64,000 bases of DNA from Hyphomicrobiales bacterium. Its GTDB lineage: Bacteria > Pseudomonadota > Alphaproteobacteria > JAPOUT01. A program made the position numbers and the translations under genes. A model generated the notes under the pieces. That model was not told where the DNA came from. It did not search any database and saw only the letters and a program-made list of their open reading frames with translations. The DNA is taken from NCBI GenBank assembly GCA_026708545.1, contig JAPOUT010000091.1:946-64945 (forward strand). Reading direction: 5' to 3'. This document shows, in pieces, positions 1 through 7,537 of the stretch (positions within the stretch are counted from its first letter, which is position 1; the number at the start of each line of letters is the position of its first letter).

Positions 1-3000
1 TCCGCGGTTTCGGCAACGGTATCGTTCACAATTTCGATATCGAAGGTTTCGCTCGTTGCGGGGGCGGTGATGGTCCCGCTTCCGCTGCTGGTTGCGACTT
101 CGCCCGAGGGGGAAACCGACCAATTGAAAGAAATCGGCGAACCCGCGGCGGGCGCGGCGGTGGAGCGAACCGTCAGACTAACGGTGTCGCCCTCGCTCGC
201 AGTCGCGGCGTTGCCGCTGGCGGCAAAACCGAACGTTCCGCTCGGCGCGCTGTCGTTGTCGGTGATGGTGATAACGTGCGTCGTCGGCGAGACAAGCGCC
301 CAGCCGTCCGGCGGACCCGTAATGGTGAGTTCGATGGTCTCGCCGCTCTCCCCGAACACAGAGTCATCGATGATGGTGACGGGGATGTTCACCGTGCGTC
401 CGTTAACGGGAACGGTCACGCTCGAGCCGACGGTGTAATCGCTTCCGCGGGTCGCCCCGCCGCCCGTTGTGATGTTGAGCCTTATGCTGCTGTCGGGATT
501 CGGCGCATTAACTTGAACTTCGGCGTTATACGTTCCGTCTCCCTCGCCGACGGTACCGCTTGCAGATGCAAACTTGATCGTGTTGTCGTCGGCCGCAATG
601 GTGATGGTATGGGTCGTTCGATTCCCCAGCTTCCAGCCCGTCGGCAAACGGGAGCCGAGGGTGACGGTGACATCCTCGGCAGGTTCGGCGACATTGTCCT
701 GCCTGATAACGATGTCGAAGGTCTCGGAGTTGCTGCCGTTTTGAATGGTGACGGTTCCGTCGTCGGTTGCGATGTCGTCGTCACTGTTGTCGGCATCGTC
801 ATTGACCTCCCAGGTCAGATCCAGGTCGGCGGTGGCCGTGGTTGAGGAGCGAACCGTAAGCGTAACGGTTTCGCCTTCACTGCCGCCGGTGCGATTGACG
901 CTGCCGGAACTCGGCGCAAACTGCACCGTGTTGGGCTCGGGATCGTCAACCTCCAGCGTAAAGCTTGTGCCCGCAAGCTCCCAGCCGGCGCTCGAAGGGA
1001 AGCCGCCGCCTTCGCGGAAAGTAACCCCGTAACTGTTGTCGTCATAAGTACTGTCTTGCGGGAACGCCAGCCGCACCTTCGCGCTGCGGCCCGAGTTCGC
1101 CGGTATCGTGTAGGTTGCCGAGCCGGCGTTCCAGTTCCCCGGAACGTCCGGGGACGTGACGGTGATGCCCGAAGGAGCGGTAATGCGTATCGGCAGGGCA
1201 ACCGTGCTTGCATCGTTCAACGACAGGGTCAGGTCGTAATGTCCCGCCGATTCCAAAACAGTGGCCGTCGTCGCCGCAAAAGTGATGCGCCGGTCGTTCG
1301 CGGGAATGTTGATCGTGTGCGTGCGTGTGCCCAGCGACCAGCCCGTCGGCAGATTGGGACCGGTGAGAGTGACGACGACATTCTCGGGACCCTCGGGGTC
1401 GGGCGTAGGCGGGTCGGCAATCGTGAAAGAGAAAGTCGCCCTGCTGCTTCCGCTGTTGACAGTCACGGTTCCGCTGCCGGAGCCGTCAACATCCGAGGCT
1501 CCCGTGGTAACGCTCCAATTAAGGGGAAGCCTAGCGTTCGCGGTTGCAGTGGATGCCACCGCGAGGGTGACGCGCTGGCCCTCGCTTGCGGAAGTCGTAT
1601 TTGAACTCGCGAACCCGACGCTGCCCCTGGGCTCCTCGTTCTCGGGAATGGTGATGGTGTGCACCGTGCGCGTGCCGAAACCCCACCCGTTCGGGAACCC
1701 GTTGGGTGACGGGCGTTCCGAGAGCGTCAGAATGATGGTCTCGTCGCTTTCAGGCTGGTTGTCGACGCCCTGGCTGCGAACCCGGATATTAACGGTGCCT
1801 GTTCCTCCGGGAATGGTGAGGGTCCCGGCTCCGGAGGAATAAGACCCCGCGCCCGGAACGTCAATACTGTATTCGCCGCTGCCTGCGCTCCCGGAAATTC
1901 CAAGGCCGACCTGGATGTCGCCGGCAGCGTGGGGAAGGTTGACGTTAAGGGGGATGATAATTCCGCCGGTGTTGGTTTCTTCAAGCGTCGAACTGCCGCG
2001 CGCAAACTGGATGGTATTGTCGCTGGCATTGATGGAGAACTCGTTGTTGGGCGAAGGGATGCTCCATCCGTCCGGGAAGTTGACGCCCTCCTCGAGAATC
2101 AACCGGACGGTTTCGGCGGCTTCGGCAATCTCGTCGTTAACAATGTTGAAGTCAAAGGTCGCGCTGGTTTGCCCCGCCGGGATGGTGAAACTCCCCCCGG
2201 TCGGAGAGATGTCCCTGGATATGTTGGTGGTGCCGTCTCCGGCGGCCGCCCATCTGAAAGGAAGCCCGCCTGCGGGAGCCGCAACGCCGGTGATTTGAAC
2301 GGTTCGCGTGACAACACCGTCCGTCTCATCGTATTCGGAGGGATTGACGCCGCCGCCGGAGGCCGCAAAGCCGACGGTATTGTCGTTCGCGTTGATGGTC
2401 AGGGTGTGCGTTGTTGCACCGGGATCGAGCCGCCACGGAGACTGCGGGAAAGGACTGCCCCGTGCAATCGTGAATACGACTTCCTCGGCTCTTTCGCCGA
2501 TGGTGTCGGCGTTGACAGTAACCGCAACGGACGCCACCGATTGCGCTACGACTCCCTCATCCGTTCCCGCGGGCACGGTCACGGTTGTCGGGGATGTGAA
2601 GGTAATGTCGGAAGTTTGGCCGCTTGCACTCACGGAAATCGGAACGCCGCCGGCCGGAGCGGGGCGACCGAGCCGCAACAGCAGATGCGTTGTTACCGCT
2701 CCCGCGCCTTCGTCAACCCGGGAAGACGGCGACGCAAAGCCGATGGTGTAGTCGTCGTTGCGCGGAATGGTAATCCGCACGAGACCGTCCAAACGAGCGT
2801 AACGGGAGTTCGCGCCGGTGGTGGTTGCGGCAAGTTCAATGATTTCATCGGTCTCGGAGATGTCGTCGTTGGTGATGGTGATTGTGAGAGTCATGGAACT
2901 CGTGTATTGCGGCAGCACCATCTCGAGGCGTCCGCCCTCGCCGTTTGTCTGCGCTCCGACGGCCACGACCCCCTGTCCCTGCTCCCCTTGCCCCCGCACT

Positions 3001-4317
3001 CCTTGCGACGTTCCCGAAATTGTCGGCGGGGTGACCGTCGCCGCGCCGCTCAAAGCATAGTCGCCGGCATCCGCGCTCGAACGCGCCGTCGCCGCAAACA
3101 CGACCGTAACCTCCCGCTCCAGAGGTTTGTCAAAATCGAACCTCATGGTGAACGGGTCATCGCCCTCCGCGAGCGTTGCGATGGAAGTCTCAATCCGCGC
3201 GACCGCGGGAATAATATCGAAGCGCTCTTCGTAGAGAACGCGCTTCTCGCGCTCGACCAGGCGCCACAAGTCCGGCACCGCCACGCGTCCGCCGCCGCTG
3301 TCGCTGCCTTCGAATCCGGGCAACGAGAAGCGGAACGCCAAGCCTGCGTTCCAGCGCGAGCCCAGGGAGTCATCGGTGTTATGATGCTCATAGCCGCCTT
3401 GCAGGAAGACCCCCGGAAACACTCGGTATTCCCCGGTAAACTGGTGGGAGGTGTGCCAATCTCTTCTAGCCTGCTCGCGCTCTCCCTCAAAACGCCAAAC
3501 GCCGAGAGAGCCGTCGAGGCGGACTCTGTCCAGCGCCAATCCAAGACGGAAATCCGCGCCTTGCAGGGCCTGTTCTTCAAACCCCTCCCGGCCCTTACGC
3601 CAATCGCTCAGCGGATGGTAGTAATTCACATTGGCTTGCAAAACCCCGCTTTGCGCATCCACGCCAACGCCCAGACGACGGTGTCCGCGCCTGAAGTCGT
3701 AGTCGAAAAACAGCGAGCCTCCCACGGCGGTGTCTTTGTCAAGATGCGTGCGAAGGACAAGACCGAAGTTGGCATCAACGCGCTCGGCGCCCTCAAGCCC
3801 GTTCCAGATGACCACGCCGGGCTGCATAAAAAGAGCCGATCCGGTTCCGTCGCCGTATTCCTCGCCCCAAACAGGGAAAACGGCATCAATCTCTCCGTGA
3901 ACGCTTTCATCCAACACCCACGAAATACTCGAGTCCAGACGGAAGCGGTCCTCGAAGAGCGCAATGCCTCCGCTGCGAACGGCGTCTTCAATGGTATCGA
4001 CAAGCATGCGCGAAGCAGTGTTGCGCAACGATTGCCGCGCACATTCGGAGTAGTCGCGCCGGCCGGCATCATTGAGCGCGCTGGTGCTGCCTGTGCCGGT
4101 GCCAATGCCGTCGCCGGAGTTGTAACGATCGAGGGGAATGAAGCCCTGCGTGTCACCGGCATCATGACAGCCGAGAACGCCGCTCCACAGCCTTTCCAGC
4201 GTTTGCGAAGATTTAGAAAAAAGGGTCTCGTCCGCTTGCGACGACGCCGTCACCGCAAACAGAAGCGATATAACCGGAAACAAAAATGTTCTTATTGGAA
4301 CTCTCACACCAACCAAC
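1..4317 (-). CDS. Inverse autotransporter (type Ve, intimin/invasin-family N-terminal beta-barrel) with long Calx-beta-like repeat passenger. It is partial, because the 3' end lies beyond the window start. It has an apparent +1 frameshift in the signal-peptide region and may be a pseudogene.
   Basis: Manual translation of the minus strand from TTG 4317/GTG 4308 gives a signal-peptide-like N-terminus (VGVRVPIRTFLFPVISLL) that hits TAA at 4213-4215. The frame starting around 4253 reads FAVTASSQADETLF..SECARQSLRNTASRMLVDTIEDAVRSGGIALFEDRFRLDSS..FFDYDFRRGHRRLGVGVDAQSG..NYYHPLSDW.., which is collinear with the N-terminal beta-domain of the 7538..11590 ORF. Spot checks at ~1980-2040 and 61-179 show the same frame stays open. 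No stop-terminated ORF of 60 aa or more is listed in that frame anywhere in 1..4290, consistent with an open frame running to the window edge. The long + strand ORFs here (for example 1929..4442) are R/G-rich antisense artefacts. Confidence 0.6.
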
Positions 4318-4977
4318 TCTCATTACCAAATCAAAAATCAAACCGAAATCCCCAAAAAATCCGACTTTTCTTCACCTCGCCTGCATCCCCAAGATGCGGG
4401 GATAGTGGCAAATTTGACGAGTTTTGGCAAGAATTTTTTTAACAAACCTTGTTTTAACGGGCTGAACCTTGGTAACAACGGGTTTTTCGAGGCTTTCCGG
4501 GAAGGGAAAACAGCCGGAAACCCGAACCGAAACGTGGCGCTTGACCGGGGCGCCTGGTGAAGACACTCGATGAAGCCCTGTGCCTCAATGACTCCTTTTT
4601 GCGGAATTTTATCACCGCTTTGCTATGCCCGTCATGCACGGAAACGGAGCCCGACAAAGAAAACGAAGACGGCAAAGACGCCCCCACGGATACCCGCCGG
4701 ATGCATGGGTTGATTTGAATTGCCGAACGGGGTTGGACGAAAAACGAATATTGAGGGATAGCCCAAGATTACCAGATGGATAGCGAATTGGGAGAAGAGG
4801 GGCTGGAAGAACGCAAAGAAGAAACTGGTAGAGAATGCCGACCTATGGAAAAGGTTTCGGTGGGTATGTCGCCGGAATCGCTAGCTACGCAGGAACACTC
4901 CCGTAAAAGCAACCACCAAACTCAAGAAGGCAACATAATGGCCAGTCCAATCATTAACCTCGTGGTAATGGATGTGG

Positions 4978-5130
4978 TTATGGAATTAACGTACTTTCCA
5001 TATTCGCACGAAATTCTGCGTTACTCGCAAGAAGTCGATCGATAGCAGATTCGTTCTTCGCAAGGGTTGCTTCGTTTTCGGTTTTCGCTTGTTCTCTCTG
5101 GGCTTGTGAAACTCTCATATCTGCCTCCAT
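4978..5130 (-). CDS. Hypothetical small coiled-coil protein (50 aa)
   Basis: ATG at 5130 is preceded by GGAGG with a 5-nt spacer. The frame stays open for 50 codons in AT-rich DNA and reads MEADMRVSQAQREQAKTENEATLAKNESAIDRLLASNAEFRANMESTLIP. It sits 111 nt downstream of the 2-TM gene on the same strand. The supplied track does not list it because it is under 60 aa. Confidence 0.25.
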   Translation of the reverse strand: MEADMRVSQAQREQAKTENEATLAKNESAIDRLLASNAEFRANMESTLIP

Positions 5131-5241
5131 TTTGGCCTCCAGCGATTCGAGTTGATGCTCCAGTTTCTCGAATCGGCGGTCTGAATTTTTATTGGTTCAT
5201 ATACCCCCTAGCCGAGCAGCAAATCTCTTACAAGGAAACGG

Positions 5242-5646
5242 TTAGGAGGCATTATCGTCATCTGTATTTATGTCACCCTTGAAATTGATTTTTGATCTTT
5301 TCATCAAAGAAGTCGTAAAATTCACAAACCAAAACATCTTCCAATACACGGAAAGAAAAACGAGATCGATAATAAGAAATGTAAAAAGAGCGAAAGCATG
5401 AAACCAATTTTCCATAAAGGAAGATCGAAAAAAGTAGATGTAGATGGCTTCAAGAACAATAGCAACCATGAAAAGCTTGCCTGAACATTTACTAAGCCGT
5501 TCTCTTTCTAAATCTACATCATTTCGTAAACTGTTAGCATAAATATCAACCTCTTTTTTACCAAAGAGGTTTTGTCCAAGTTCAATCCAAGCTTTTAAAT
5601 CTTCTGGATTTAATTGTTCGTTATCCGGACTCTCCGAATCTCGCAT
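5242..5646 (-). CDS. Small membrane protein with an acidic soluble N-terminus and two predicted TM helices. It is the candidate toxin partner of the upstream Panacea-domain gene.
   Basis: 134-aa ORF. Its ATG at 5646 overlaps the stop of the upstream gene (5621-5623) by 26 nt, which suggests translational coupling. The hydrophobic segments are FMVAIVLEAIYIYFF and WFHAFALFTFLIIDLVFLSVYWKMFWFV. It lies in the AT-rich islet. Confidence 0.5.
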   Translation of the reverse strand: MRDSESPDNEQLNPEDLKAWIELGQNLFGKKEVDIYANSLRNDVDLERERLSKCSGKLFMVAIVLEAIYIYFFRSSFMENWFHAFALFTFLIIDLVFLSVYWKMFWFVNFTTSLMKRSKINFKGDINTDDDNAS

Positions 5647-6070
5647 GATACTCGATTACAATATCCTCTTGTGATATTATTCTGCCTCTTTCTCCAGGCT
5701 CATAAGCTTTATACCATGCGCCTTCTTTCCAGTGTGAAATGTTAATCATATCGCCAGCGTCTAAATCATCCATTGCGTTATACATATTTTCCAAATATGT
5801 AAATTCTTTATCGCGGCTTTCTAAACCTTTTTGAAAAAAGAAGACAGAGCTTTCTATCGGATATTTTCCGAACTGCTTAACATGACGGTATAAAGACGGT
5901 AACACAGGCCCATATTCCCACGCTTGGAAATTTTCACCTATCAACTTCTTCTTTTCCCTCCCAGAATAGAACATGTGTGCGAAGTATAGAACTTTCTGCA
6001 ACCGCAAATTGGTTATAGTCCAACTTGATATTTCGCAGAGCGTTTTCCCCGCCACAAGTGAATCGATCAT
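5621..6070 (-). CDS. Panacea-domain (DUF4065, SocA/GepA-like) protein, a putative antitoxin
   Basis: 149 aa. The motif ITNLRLQKVLYFAHMF...FQAWEYGPVLPSLY matches the hallmark K/RLQKLLYFAQ..W.yGPV..lY core of DUF4065. A GAGGTG Shine-Dalgarno sits 6 nt before the ATG. It lies immediately upstream of, and overlaps, a small TM protein gene. Confidence 0.6.
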   Translation of the reverse strand: MIDSLVAGKTLCEISSWTITNLRLQKVLYFAHMFYSGREKKKLIGENFQAWEYGPVLPSLYRHVKQFGKYPIESSVFFFQKGLESRDKEFTYLENMYNAMDDLDAGDMINISHWKEGAWYKAYEPGERGRIISQEDIVIEYHARFGESG

Positions 6071-6152
6071 CTTTCACACCTCAATTATAGACAGACCGGA
6101 ATCCGTTCAATTATTTAGGACCCCTTTTGTTCCTGTATAAATACGATAGGGG

Positions 6153-6181
6153 ATTATATGCGAAAGTGCCATGTTAGGCAA
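6153..6181 (-). promoter_or_regulatory. Putative sigma70-type promoter for the Panacea/2-TM operon (-35 TTGCCT, 17-nt spacer, -10 TATAAT)
   Basis: Read on the minus strand: TTGCCT at 6181..6176, then 17 nt, then TATAAT at 6158..6153, about 80 nt upstream of ATG 6070. The -35 overlaps the tnpB stop codon. Confidence 0.3.
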
Positions 6182-7298
6182 CTCGCTTAAGATGGACAGG
6201 CTCCGCCTCAACAGGCTTCAACGCTTTGTCTAACGACTCGACCCCGCGAGCCAATATGTTCTTGGCGGCATTGGTATCCGCATGCGCCCGGTATCCGCAA
6301 GCACAGGCAAACCCGCGCTCTTGGCGTTTCCCTCTCGCTCCACACGCATTGCATGTCTGCGAGGTGTATGCGGGATTAACATTAATCACCCGCATTTTGT
6401 AACCCAATTTCTGTTCCAAACTCCCCCAGCACGATTCCAATATCCCTCTGGTAAGGTTTTTATGTCCCTTACGCGTCATCTTTTTCGTTTGCAACGTTTC
6501 TAAAACCACGGTGCCATAATCGTTGGCTATTGTCCTGCTTGCATGATGCGCCCAATTCAAACGGATATTCGCCATCTTGGCATAAGCCCTGCCCGCCCGA
6601 CTCTTGGATACCAAATACCGCTTTGAACCCTTTCTACGCCTCGCCATTTGCCGCTGATACCTTGTCCGTTTGCGAATCAACGAATCGACCTGTGGAAGTT
6701 CAATGATTCGATTATCCGACAAGGCGATATTTCCTACATTCCGGTCAACACCAACCAACTTGGTATTTTGATTTTGTTCGGTCTCTGTCTTGTAAACCAA
6801 ATACACATACCATTTGCCGTTCTCATGCTTTACACGTCCCGAAACGGCTTTGCAACCCCTATAAGGATTGTTTCCGCTCAATCCCATCCACCCAATTCTT
6901 TGGATGTATATGGCATCGGAATTCCTATTGACACGAAAAGTTTTATTAGTTGCCAATGCAAACGATAAGGTTGTGTTGTATCTTCCCCGAAACTTTGGCA
7001 ATCCCGAATCCTTATGCTTAAAAAACTTCTTATAGGCCGTTTCTATCGGCTTCAACGAGTCCCGCACGTTACCCGCTGAATATTGCAACAACCACGGGTT
7101 TTGATTGCGAAGCGTAGTAAACCATTTCCCAAGCGTATAAAAACGATAATCGCATTTCCCCTTCCATTCATACTCGTCCCTAAGTTTGGATACAGCCTGA
7201 TTCCAAACCCACCTACAAGCCTCTGCAGTGCCAAATAACATAGCGTTTTTAGCCTTCGTTTTCGGATGCAATCTAAATCTTACTACTCTGTGTTCCAT
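6174..7298 (-). CDS. tnpB: IS200/IS605-family transposase accessory protein TnpB (OrfB; RNA-guided RuvC-like nuclease)
   Basis: 374 aa with an OrfB_IS605-like N-terminus. It has the RuvC-like motif VGVDRNVGNIALSD, a C-terminal zinc finger CNACG..CACG, and HADTNAAKNI (RuvC-III). No adjacent tnpA (Y1 HUH) gene is visible. Local AT-rich composition. Confidence 0.85.
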   Translation of the reverse strand: MEHRVVRFRLHPKTKAKNAMLFGTAEACRWVWNQAVSKLRDEYEWKGKCDYRFYTLGKWFTTLRNQNPWLLQYSAGNVRDSLKPIETAYKKFFKHKDSGLPKFRGRYNTTLSFALATNKTFRVNRNSDAIYIQRIGWMGLSGNNPYRGCKAVSGRVKHENGKWYVYLVYKTETEQNQNTKLVGVDRNVGNIALSDNRIIELPQVDSLIRKRTRYQRQMARRRKGSKRYLVSKSRAGRAYAKMANIRLNWAHHASRTIANDYGTVVLETLQTKKMTRKGHKNLTRGILESCWGSLEQKLGYKMRVINVNPAYTSQTCNACGARGKRQERGFACACGYRAHADTNAAKNILARGVESLDKALKPVEAEPVHLKRVA

Positions 7299-7537
7299 AG
7301 TCCCTATTTAGGGGAAACTTGGCACTTTCATATATATCCCCATACGATACATTTATCTAAATCAAATGCAACAGCCCCAAATTCGGCAATTACCGGCGGG
7401 TTTTTTGTGTATGTGATTCGAATCAGGCTAGCCCGTATTCCATTCACCTTGTCGACTTCGCTCATACGACCACCCAAGAATGTCTCGTTGATCTCCGTAG
7501 TGCCGGTCAGTTCGGAGAGAATGTTCTTCAGGATTGC

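Larger units (their letters stand above)
6100..7430 (-). mobile_element. IS200/IS605-family insertion sequence, TnpB-only (IS1341-like). Boundaries are approximate.
   Basis: Solo tnpB in an AT-rich islet inside a GC-rich accessory locus. A 12-nt perfect palindrome TGATTCGAATCA at 7412-7423 and a GGGGA..TCCCC hairpin at 7306-7340 lie upstream of tnpB. The ends were not defined. Confidence 0.4.

Noticed and set aside
1929-4442. 837-aa + strand ORF (and other + strand ORFs 67..3060) over the first 4.4 kb
   Set aside because: R/G/A-rich with low-complexity composition. It is exactly antisense to the conserved inverse-autotransporter frame. Its sequence ...ALFVENALLALDQAPQVRHRH... mirrors the antisense artefact ...IFFIENSLLALNGTPQIRIRK... 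opposite the intact paralog.
4372-4687. Minus-strand ORFs 4372..4566 and 4454..4687 upstream of the first inverse-autotransporter gene
   Set aside because: They overlap each other in different frames. Their composition is odd (PRK-rich) and they have no recognisable domain. This is more likely a promoter/5' region.
7411-7433. tRNA-like T-loop motif GATTCGAATC, and a 15-mer (tgattcgaatcaggc) shared with 63683..63697
   Set aside because: It is a perfect palindrome, not a 5-bp stem with a 7-nt loop. No acceptor or anticodon arms are present. A single 15-mer repeat in 64 kb (both strands) is within chance expectation.
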